DNA of 64,000 nt from Auanema rhodensis (Eukaryota; Animalia; Nematoda): the NCBI GenBank assembly GCA_964057225.1, contig OZ059899.1, positions 1,736,001 to 1,800,000 of the forward strand, in the 5' to 3' direction. Made by a program: the position numbers and the translations under genes. The stretch's first letter is position 1, and the number at the start of each line of letters is the position of its first letter. Positions 1-11,200 of this stretch are shown piece by piece. The notes beneath the pieces were generated by a model that did not search any database, was not told the DNA's origin, and saw only the letters and a program-made list of their open reading frames with translations.

Positions 1-20
1 TCTTCAGGGTGAAAATTGAG

Positions 21-42
21 GATATAAGTGTGAACTTATATC
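21..42. other. Perfect inverted repeat GATATAAGT-gtga-ACTTATATC (9-bp stem, 4-nt loop), in most monomers
   Basis: 21-29 is the reverse complement of 34-42. A common right-domain variant (offset 27 A>T) puts a mismatch in the stem. Confidence 0.9.
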
Positions 43-52
43 AGTTGATATC

Positions 53-119
53 TCGGTGCATTTTTAAGCTAGCGCAAATCTGATAACACAGATCGACGCA
101 GCTTAAAAATCCGCATCGA
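53..119. other. Long imperfect hairpin within the monomer
   Basis: ATTTTTAAGCT (60-70) pairs with AGCTTAAAAAT (100-110), 11 bp perfect. Inner pairs are GCG 72-74/CGC 97-99 and ATCTG 78-82/CAGAT 89-93. Outer pair TCGGTGC 53-59/GCATCGA 113-119 has one G-T. Confidence 0.85.
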
Positions 120-171
120 ATGCACTATACTACATTGAGAAACGCTTAATACAAAAATTAGTTATGATCGT

Positions 172-310
172 TTGAAAAATGATGCATTAGTGTATGTTGA
201 GTTTCCATGTACACTCAACATTGCTTCCAAAAACATTTTGACAAAACTTTTTTTGAAAAATTTCGAAATAATTTAGCAAAAAGTAGATGTTTTCAGATTC
301 CATTTTTCAA
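172..310. other. Long-range 10-bp inverted repeat TTGAAAAATG ... CATTTTTCAA bracketing the second half of the monomer
   Basis: 172-181 is the reverse complement of 301-310. It is flanked by ATCGT 167-171/ACGAT 318-322. Confidence 0.75.
194..221. other. Perfect inverted repeat ATGTTGAGT-(10 nt)-ACTCAACAT (9-bp stem)
   Basis: 194-202 is the reverse complement of 213-221. Confidence 0.9.
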
Positions 311-2457
311 GGCAAAGACGATGGACAATGTTATTCAACGAAAAAAATAATTCTTCAGGGTGAAAATCGAGGATATAAGTGTGAACTTATATCAGTTGAT
401 ATCTCGGTGCATTTTTAAGCTAGCGCAAATCTGATAACACAGATCGACGCAACTTAAAAATCCGCATCGAATGCACTATACTACATTGAGAAACGCTTGA
501 TACAAAAATTAGTTATGATCGTTTGAAAAATGATGCATTAGTGTATGTTGAGTTTCCATGTACACTCAACATTGCTTCCAAAAACATTTTGACAAAAATT
601 TTTTCGAAAAATTTCAAAATATATTATCAAAAAGTAGATGTTTTTAAATTCTTTTTTTCAAGGCAAAGACGATGAACAATGTTATTCAACGAAAAAATCA
701 ATTCTTCAGGGTGAAAATCGAGGATATAAGTGTGAACTTATATCAGTTGATATCTCGGTGCATTTTTAAGCTAGCGCAAATCTGATAACACAGATCGACG
801 CAGCTTAAAAATCCGCATCAAATGCACTATACTACATTGAGAAACGCTTGATACAAAAATTAGTTATGATCGTTTGAAAAATGATGCATTAGTGTATGTT
901 GAGTTTCCATGTACACTCAACATTGCTTCCAAAAACATTTTGACAAAAATTTTTTCGAAAAATTTCAAATAAATTTAGCAAAAAGTAGATGTTTTTAGAT
1001 TCCATTTCTCAAGGCAAAGACGATGGACAATGTTATTCAACGAAAAAATTAATTCTTCAGGGTGAAAATTGAGGATATAAGTGTGAACTTATATCAGTTG
1101 ATATCTCGGTGCATTTTTAAGCTAGCGCAAATCTGATAACACAGATCGACGCAGCTTAAAAATCCGCATCGAATGCACTATACTACATTGAGAAACGCTT
1201 AATACAAAAATTAGTTATGATCGTTTGAAAAATGATGCATTAGTGTATGTTGAGTTTCCATGTACACTCAACATTGCTTCCAAAAACATTTTGACAAAAC
1301 TTTTTTTGAAAAATTTCAAAATAATTTAGCAAAAAGTAGATGTTTTTAGATTCCGTTTTTCAAGGCAAAGACGATGGACATTGTTATTCAACGAAAAAAT
1401 TAATTCTTCAGGGTGAAAATCGAGGATATAAGTGTGAACTTATATCAGTTGATATCTCGGTGCATTTTTAAGCTACCGCAAATCTGATAACACAGATCGA
1501 CGCAGCTTAAAAATCCGCATCGAATGCACTATACTACATTGAGAAACGCTTAATACAAAAATTAGTTATGATCGTTTGAAAAATGATGCATTAGTGTATG
1601 TTGAGTTTCCATGTACACTCAACATTGCTTCCAAAAACATTTTGACAAAACTTTTTTTGAAAAATTTCAAAATAATTTAGCAAAAAGTAGATGTTTTTAG
1701 ATTCCGTTTTTCAAGGCAAAGACGATGGACAATGTTATTCAACGAAAAAATTAATTCTTCAGGGTGAAAATCGAGGATATAAGTGTGAACTTATATCAGT
1801 TGATATCTCGGTGCATTTTTAAGCTACCGCAAATCTGATAACACAGATCGACGCAGCTTAAAAATCCGCATCAAATGCACTATACTACATTGAGAAACGC
1901 TTGATACAAAAATTAGTTATGATCGTTTGAAAAATGATGCATTAGTGTATGTTGAGTTTCCATGTACACTCAACATTGCTTCCAAAAACATTTTGACAAA
2001 AATTTTTTCGAAAAATTTCAAATAAATTTAGCAAAAAGTAGATGTTTTTAGATTCCATTTTTCAAGACAAAGACGATGGACAATGTTGTTCAACGAAAAA
2101 ATTAATTCTTCAGGGTGAAAATCGAGGATATAAGTGTGAACTTATATCAGTTGATATCTCGGTGCATTTTTAAGCTAGCGCAAATCTGATAACACAGATC
2201 GACGCAGCTTAAAAATCCGCATCGAATGCACTATACTACATTGAGAAACGCTTGATACAAAAATTAGTTAAGATCGTTTGAAAAATGATGCATTAGTGTA
2301 TGTTGAGTTTCCATGTACACTCAGCATTGCTTCCAAAAACATTTTGACAAAAATTTTTTTGAAAAATTTCAGAATAATTTAGCAAAAAGTAGATGTTTTT
2401 AGATTCCATTTTTCAAGGCAAAGACGATGGACAATGTTATTCAACGAAAAAAATAAT

Positions 2458-5265
2458 TCTTCAGGGTGAAAATCGAGGATATAAGTGTGAACTTATATCA
2501 GTTGATATCTCGGTGCATTTTTAAGCTAGCGCAAATCTGATAACACAGATCGACGCAGCTTAAAAATCCGCATCGAATGCACTATACTACATTGAGAAAA
2601 ACTTAATACAAAAATTAGTTATGCTCGTTTGAAAAATGATGCATTAGTGTATGTTGAGTTTCCATGTACACTCAACATTGCTTCCAAAAACATTTTGACA
2701 AAAATTTTTTCGAAAAATTTCAAAATAATTTAGCAAAAAGTAGATGTTGTTAGATTCCATTTTTCAAGGCAAAGACGATGGACAATGTTATTCAACGAAA
2801 AAAATAATTCTTCAGGGTGAAAATCGAGGATATAAGTGTGAACTTATATCAGTTGATATCTCGGTGCATTTTTAAGCTAGCGCAAATCTGATAACACAGA
2901 TCGACGCAGCTTAAAAATCCGCATCGAATGCACTATACTACATTGAGAAACGCTTGATACAAAAATTAGTTAAGATCGTTTGAAAAATGATGCATTAGTG
3001 TATGTTGAGTTTCCATGTACACTCAACATTGCTTCCAAAAACATTTTGACAAAAATTTTTTCGAAAAATTTCAAAATAATTTAGCAAAAAGTAGATGTTT
3101 TTAGATTCCATTTTTCAAGGCAAAGACGATGGACAATGTTATTCAACGAAAAAATTAATTCTTCAGAGTGAAAATCGAGGATATAAGTGTGAACTTATAT
3201 CAGTTGATATCTCGGTACATTTTTAAGCTAGCGCAAATCTGATAACACAGATCGACGCAACTTAAAAATCCGCATCGAATGCACTATACTAAATTGAGAA
3301 ACGCTTGATACAAAAATTAGTTATGATCGTTTGAAAAATGATGCATTAGTGTATGTTGAGTTTCCATGTACACTCAACATTGCTTCCAAAAACATTTTGA
3401 CAAAAATTTTTTCGAAAAATTTCAAAATAATTTAGCAAAAAGTAGATGTTTTTAGATTCCATTTTTCAAGGCAAAGACGATGGACAATGTTATTCAACGA
3501 AAAAAATAATTCTTCAGGGTGAAAATCGAGGATATAAGTGTGAACTTATATCAGTTGATATCTCGGTGCATTTTTAAGCTAGCGCAAATCTGATAACACA
3601 GATCGACGCAGCTTAAAAATCCGCATCGAATGCACTATACTACATTGAGAAACGCTTAATACAAAAATTAGTTATGATCGTTTGAAAAATGATGCATTAG
3701 TGTATGTTGAGTTTCCATGTACACTCAACATTGCTACCAAAAACATTTTGACAAAAATTTTTTTGAAAAATTTCAGAATAATTTAGCAAAAAGTAGATGT
3801 TTTTAGATTCCATTTTTCAAGGCAAAGACGATGGACAATGTTATTCAACGAAAAAAATAATTCTTCAGGGTGAAAATCGAGGATATAAGTGTGAACTTAT
3901 ATCAGTTGATATCTCGGTGCATTTTTAAGCTAGCGCAAATCTGATAACACAGATCGACGCAGCTTAAAAATCCGCATCGAATGCACTATACTACATTGAG
4001 AAAAACTTAATACAAAAATTAGTTATGATCGTTTGAAAAATGATGCATTAGTGTATGTTGAGTTTCCATGTACACTCAACATTGCTTCCAAAAACATTTT
4101 GACAAAAATTTTTTCGAAAAATTTCAAAATAATTTAGCAAAAAGTAGATGTTGTTAGATTCCATTTTTCAAGGCAAAGACGATGGACAATGTTATTCAAC
4201 GAAAAAAATAATTCTTCAGGGTGAAAATCGAGGATATAAGTGTGAACTTATATCAGTTGATATCTCGGTGCATTTTTAAGCTAGCGCAAATCTGATAACA
4301 CAGATCGACGCAGCTTAAAAATCCGCATCGAATGCACTATACTACATTGAGAAACGCTTGATACAAAAATTAGTTAAGATCGTTTGAAAAATGATGCATT
4401 AGTGTATGTTGAGTTTCCATGTACACTCAACATTGCTTCCAAAAACATTTTGACAAAAATTTTTTCGAAAAATTTCAAAATAATTTAGCAAAAAGTAGAT
4501 GTTTTTAGATTCCATTTTTCAAGGCAAAGACGATGGACAATGTTATTCAACGAAAAAATTAATTCTTCAGAGTGAAAATCGAGGATATAAGTGTGAACTT
4601 ATATCAGTTGATATCTCGGTACATTTTTAAGCTAGCGCAAATCTGATAACACAGATCGACGCAGCTTAAAAATCCGCATCGAATGCACTATACTAAATTG
4701 AGAAACGCTTGATACAAAAATTAGTTATGATCGTTTGAAAAATGATGCATTAGTGTATGTTGAGTTTCCATGTACACTCAACATTGCTTCCAAAAACATT
4801 TTGACAAAAATTTTTTCGAAAAATTTCAAAATAATTTAGCAAAAAGTAGATGTTTTTAGATTCCATTTTTCAAGGCAAAGACGATGGACAATGTTATTCA
4901 ACGAAAAAAATAATTCTTCAGGGTGAAAATCGAGGATATAAGTGTGAACTTATATCAGTTGATATCTCGGTGCATTTTTAAGCTAGCGCAAATCTGATAA
5001 CACAGATCGACGCAGCTTAAAAATCCGCATCGAATGCACTATACTACATTGAGAAACGCTTAATACAAAAATTAGTTATGATCGTTTGAAAAATGATGCA
5101 TTAGTGTATGTTGAGTTTCCATGTACACTCAACATTGCTACCAAAAACATTTTGACAAAAATTTTTTTGAAAAATTTCAGAATAATTTAGCAAAAAGTAG
5201 ATGTTTTTAGATTCCATTTTTCAAGGCAAAGACGATGGACAATGTTATTCAACGAAAAAAATAAT
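2458..5265. repeat. 4-monomer higher-order repeat, two copies (2458-3861 / 3862-5265)
   Basis: The rare variant GATGTTGTTAG occurs at 2749 and 4153 (1404 = 4x351). Both copies share the order AAAAACTTAA / GTTAAGATC / AGAGTG+GGTAC+TAAATT / GCTACC+CAGAAT. Confidence 0.85.
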
Positions 5266-8200
5266 TCTTCAGGGTGAAAATCGAGGATATAAGTGTGAAC
5301 TTATATCAGTTGATATCTCGGTGCATTTTTAAGCTAGCGCAAATCTGATAACACAGATCGACGCAGCTTAAAAATCCGCATCGAATGCACTATACTACAT
5401 TGAGAAAAACTTAATACAAAAATTAGTTATGATCGTTTGAAAAATGATGCATTAGTGTATGTTGAGTTTCCATGTACACTCAACATTGCTTCCAAAAACA
5501 TTTTGACAAAAATTTTTTCGAAAAATTTCAAAATAATTTAGCAAAAAGTAGATGTTTTTAAATTCTTTTTTTCAAGGCAAAGACGATGAACAATGTTATT
5601 CAACGAAAAAATCAATTCTTCAGGGTGAAAATCGAGGATATAAGTGTGAACTTATATCAGTTGATATCTCGGTGCATTTTTAAGCTAGCGCAAATCTGAT
5701 AACACAGATCGACGCAGCTTAAAAATCCGCATCAAATGCACTATACTACATTGAGAAACGCTTGATACAAAAATTAGTTATGATCGTTTGAAAAATGATG
5801 CATTAGTGTATGTTGAGTTTCCATGTACACTCAACATTGCTTCCAAAAACATTTTGACAAAAATTTTTTCGAAAAATTTCAAATAAATTTAGCAAAAAGT
5901 AGATGTTTTTAGATTCCATTTCTCAAGGCAAAGACGATGGACAATGTTATTCAACGAAAAAATTAATTCTTCAGGGTGAAAATTGAGGATATAAGTGTGA
6001 ACTTATATCAGTTGATATCTCGGTGCATTTTTAAGCTAGCGCAAATCTGATAACACAGATCGACGCAGCTTAAAAATCCGCATCGAATGCACTATACTAC
6101 ATTGAGAAACGCTTAATACAAAAATTAGTTATGATCGTTTGAAAAATGATGCATTAGTGTATGTTGAGTTTCCATGTACACTCAACATTGCTTCCAAAAA
6201 CATTTTGACAAAACTTTTTTTGAAAAATTTCAAAATAATTTAGCAAAAAGTAGATGTTTTTAGATTCCGTTTTTCAAGGCAAAGACGATGGACAATGTTA
6301 TTCAACGAAAAAATTAATTCTTCAGGGTGAAAATCGAGGATATAAGTGTGAACTTATATCAGTTGATATCTCGGTGCATTTTTAAGCTACCGCAAATCTG
6401 ATAACACAGATCGACGCAGCTTAAAAATCCATATCAAATGCACTATACTACATTGAGAAACGCTTGATACAAAAATTAGTTATGATCGTTTGAAAAATGA
6501 TGCATTAGTGTATGTTGAGTTTCCATGTACACTCAACATTGCTTCCAAAAACATTTTGACAAAAATTTTTTCCAAAAATTTCAAAATAATTTAGCAAAAA
6601 GTAGATGTTTTTAGATTCCATTTTACAAGGCAAAGACGATGGACAATGTTATTCAACGAAAAAAATAATTCTTCAGGGTGAAAATCGAGGATATAAGTGT
6701 GAACTTATATCAATTGATATCTCGGTGCATTTTTAAGCTAGCGCAAATCTGATAACACAGATCGACGCAGCTTAAAAATCCATATCAAATGCACTATACT
6801 ACATTGAGAAACGCTTGATACAAAAATTAGTTATGATCGTTTGAAAAATGATGCATTAGTGTATGTTGAGTTTCCATGTACACTCAACATTGCTTCCAAA
6901 AACATTTTGACAAAAATTTTTTCGAAAAATTTCGAAATAATTTAGCAAAAAGTAGATGTTTTTAGATTCCATTTTTCAAGGCAAAGACGATGGACAATGT
7001 TATTCAACGAAAAAAATAATTCTTCAGGGTGAAAATCGAGGATATAAGTGTGAACTTATATCAGTTGATATCTCGGTGCATTTTTAAGCTAGCGCAAATC
7101 TGATAACACAGATCGACGCAACTTAAAAATCCGCATCGAATGCACTATACTACATTGAGAAAAACTTAATACAAAAATTAGTTATGATCGTTTGAAAAAT
7201 GATGCATTAGTGTATGTTGAGTTTCCATGTACACTCAACATTGCTTCCAAAAACATTTTGACAAAAATTTTTTCGAAAAATTTCAAAATAATTTAGCAAA
7301 AAGTAGATGTTTTTAAATTCTTTTTTTCAAGGCAAAGACGATGAACAATGTTATTCAACGAAAAAATCAATTCTTCAGGGTGAAAATCGAGGATATAAGT
7401 GTGAACTTATATCAGTTGATATCTCGGTGCATTTTTAAGCTAGCGCAAATCTGATAACACAGATCGACGCAGCTTAAAAATCCGCATCAAATGCACTATA
7501 CTACATTGAGAAACGCTTGATACAAAAATTAGTTATGATCGTTTGAAAAATGATGCATTAGTGTATGTTGAGTTTCCATGTACACTCAACATTGCTTCCA
7601 AAAACATTTTGACAAAAATTTTTTCGAAAAATTTCAAATACATTTAGCAAAAAGTAGATGTTTTTAGATTCCATTTCTCAAGGCAAAGACGATGGACAAT
7701 GTTATTCAACGAAAAAATTAATTCTTCAGGGTGAAAATTGAGGATATAAGTGTGAACTTATATCAGTTGATATCTCGGTGCATTTTTAAGCTAGCGCAAA
7801 TCTGATAACACAGATCGACGCAGCTTAAAAATCCGCATCGAATGCACTATACTACATTGAGAAACGCTTAATACAAAAATTAGTTATGATCGTTTGAAAA
7901 ATGATGCATTAGTGTATGTTGAGTTTCCATGTACACTCAACATTGCTTCCAAAAACATTTTGACAAAACTTTTTTTGAAAAATTTCAAAATAATTTAGCA
8001 AAAAGTAGATGTTTTTAGATTCCGTTTTTCAAGGCAAAGACGATGGACAATGTTATTCAACGAAAAAATTAATTCTTCAGGGTGAAAATCGAGGATATAA
8101 GTGTGAACTTATATCAGTTGATATCTCGGTGCATTTTTAAGCTACCGCAAATCTGATAACACAGATCGACGCAGCTTAAAAATCCATATCAAATGCACTA

Positions 8201-11200
8201 TACTACATTGAGAAACGCTTGATACAAAAATTAGTTATGATCGTTTGAAAAATGATGCATTAGTGTATGTTGAGTTTCCATGTACACTCAACATTGCTTC
8301 CAAAAACATTTTGACAAAAATTTTTTCCAAAAATTTCAAAATAATTTAGCAAAAAGTAGATGTTTTTAGATTCCATTTTACAAGGCAAAGACGATGGACA
8401 ATGTTATTCAACGAAAAAAATAATTCTTCAGGGTGAAAATCGAGGATATAAGTGTGAACTTATATCAATTGATATCTCGGTGCATTTTTAAGCTAGCGCG
8501 AATCTGATAACACAGATCGACGCAGCTTAAAAATCCGCATCGAATGCACTATACTACATTGAGAAACGCTTAATACAAAAATTAGTTATGATCGTTTGAA
8601 AAATGATGCATTAGTGTATGTTGAGTTTCCATGTACACTCAACATTGCTACCAAAAACATTTTGACAAAAATTTTTTTGAAAAATTTCAGAATAATTTAG
8701 CAAAAAGTAGATGTTTTTAGATTCCATTTCTCAAGGCAAAGACGATGGACAATGTTATTCAACGAAAAAAATAATTCTTCAGGGTGAAAATCGAGGATAT
8801 AAGTGTGAACTTATATCAGTTGATATCTCGGTGCATTTTTAAGCTAGCGCAAATCTGATAACACAGATCGACGCAGCTTAAAAATCCGCATCGAATGCAC
8901 TATACTACATTGAGAAACGCTTAATACAAAAATTAGTTATGATCGTTTGAAAAATGATGCATTAGTGTATGTTGAGTTTCCATGTACACTCAACATTGCT
9001 ACCAAAAACATTTTGACAAAAATTTTTTTGAAAAATTTCAGAATAATTTAGCAAAAAGTAGATGTTTTTAGATTCCATTTTTCAAGGCAAAGACGATGGA
9101 CAATGTTATTCAACGAAAAAAATAATTCTTCAGGGTGAAAATCGAGGATATAAGTGTGAACTTATATCAGTTGATATCTCGGTGCATTTTTAAGCTAGCG
9201 CAAATCTGATAACACAGATCGACGCAGCTTAAAAATCCGCATCGAATGCACTATACTACATTGAGAAAAACTTAATACAAAAATTAGTTATGATCGTTTG
9301 AAAAATGATGCATTAGTGTATGTTGAGTTTCCATGTACACTCAACATTGCTTCCAAAAACATTTTGACAAAAATTTTTTCGAAAAATTTCAAAATAATTT
9401 AGCAAAAAGTAGATGTTTTTAAATTCTTTTTTTCAAGGCAAAGACGATGAACAATGTTATTCAACGAAAAAATCAATTCTTCAGGGTGAAAATCGAGGAT
9501 ATAAGTGTGAACTTATATCAGTTGATATCTCGGTGCATTTTTAAGCTAGCGCAAATCTGATAACACAGATCGACGCAGCTTAAAAATCCGCATCAAATGC
9601 ACTATACTACATTGAGAAACGCTTGATACAAAAATTAGTTATGATCGTTTGAAAAATGATGCATTAGTGTATGTTGAGTTTCCATGTACACTCAACATTG
9701 CTTCCAAAAACATTTTGACAAAAATTTTTTCGAAAAATTTCAAATAAATTTAGCAAAAAGTAGATGTTTTTAGATTCCATTTCTCAAGGCAAAGACGATG
9801 GACAATGTTATTCAACGAAAAAATTAATTCTTCAGGGTGAAAATTGAGGATATAAGTGTGAACTTATATCAGTTGATATCTCGGTGCATTTTTAAGCTAG
9901 CGCAAATCTGATAACACAGATCGACGCAGCTTAAAAATCCGCATCGAATGCACTATACTACATTGAGAAACGCTTAATACAAAAATTAGTTATGATCGTT
10001 TGAAAAATGATGCATTAGTGTATGTTGAGTTTCCATGTACACTCAACATTGCTTCCAAAAACATTTTGACAAAACTTTTTTTGAAAAATTTCAAAATAAT
10101 TTAGCAAAAAGTAGATGTTTTTAGATTCCGTTTTTCAAGGCAAAGACGATGGACAATGTTATTCAACGAAAAAATTAATTCTTCAGGGTGAAAATCGAGG
10201 ATATAAGTGTGAACTTATATCAGTTGATATCTCGGTGCATTTTTAAGCTACCGCAAATCTGATAACACAGATCGACGCAGCTTAAAAATCCATATCAAAT
10301 GCACTATACTACATTGAGAAACGCTTGATACAAAAATTAGTTATGATCGTTTGAAAAATGATGCATTAGTGTATGTTGAGTTTCCATGTACACTCAACAT
10401 TGCTTCCAAAAACATTTTGACAAAAATTTTTTCCAAAAATTTCAAAATAATTTAGCAAAAAGTAGATGTTTTTAGATTCCATTTTACAAGGCAAAGACGA
10501 TGGACAATGTTATTCAACGAAAAAAATAATTCTTCAGGGTGAAAATCGAGGATATAAGTGTGAACTTATATCAATTGATATCTCGGTGCATTTTTAAGCT
10601 AGCGCAAATCTGATAACACAGATCGACGCAGCTTAAAAATCCATATCAAATGCACTATACTACATTGAGAAACGCTTGATACAAAAATTAGTTATGATCG
10701 TTTGAAAAATGATGCATTAGTGTATGTTGAGTTTCCATGTACACTCAACATTGCTTCCAAAAACATTTTGACAAAAATTTTTTCGAAAAATTTCGAAATA
10801 ATTTAGCAAAAAGTAGATGTTTTTAGATTCCATTTTTCAAGGCAAAGACGATGGACAATGTTATTCAACGAAAAAAATAATTCTTCAGGGTGAAAATCGA
10901 GGATATAAGTGTGAACTTATATCAGTTGATATCTCGGTGCATTTTTAAGCTAGCGCAAATCTGATAACACAGATCGACGCAACTTAAAAATCCGCATCGA
11001 ATGCACTATACTACATTGAGAAACGCTTGATACAAAAATTAGTTATGATCGTTTGAAAAATGATGCATTAGTGTATGTTGAGTTTCCATGTACACTCAAC
11101 ATTGCTTCCAAAAACATTTTGACAAAAATTTTTTCGAAAAATTTCAAAATAATTTAGCAAAAAGTAGATGTTTTTAAATTCTTTTTTTCAAGGCAAAGAC

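Larger units (their letters stand above)
1..351. repeat. Representative 351-bp monomer (phase arbitrary, set by window start)
   Basis: Positions 1-351 recur at 352-702 with only substitutions. Confidence 0.97.

Noticed and set aside
80-86. Hammerhead ribozyme, as found in some satellite DNAs
   Set aside because: CTGATAA does not match the CUGANGA core, and I found no correctly placed GAAA and stem arrangement on either strand. An Infernal/Rfam search would settle this.
21-221. Hairpins as bacterial intrinsic terminators or promoters
   Set aside because: The stems are AT-rich, there is no adjacent gene, and the context is a eukaryote-type satellite array.
1-351. 351 is divisible by 3, suggesting a giant repeat-protein ORF (117 aa per unit)
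   Set aside because: All six frames are closed within each monomer. Plus-strand stops are TGA 10-12, TAA 65-67 and TGA 81-83. Minus-strand stops correspond to TCA 4-6, TCA 41-43 and TTA 36-38.
1-351. Assignment to a named satellite of similar size (Drosophila 1.688/359-bp, Tribolium ~360-bp) or to 5S rDNA/tRNA arrays
   Set aside because: Only length and AT content are similar. I recognise no sequence identity and no 5S or tRNA structure or Pol III boxes.
7269-7290. CENP-B box
   Set aside because: TTCG is present but the required downstream CGGG is not.
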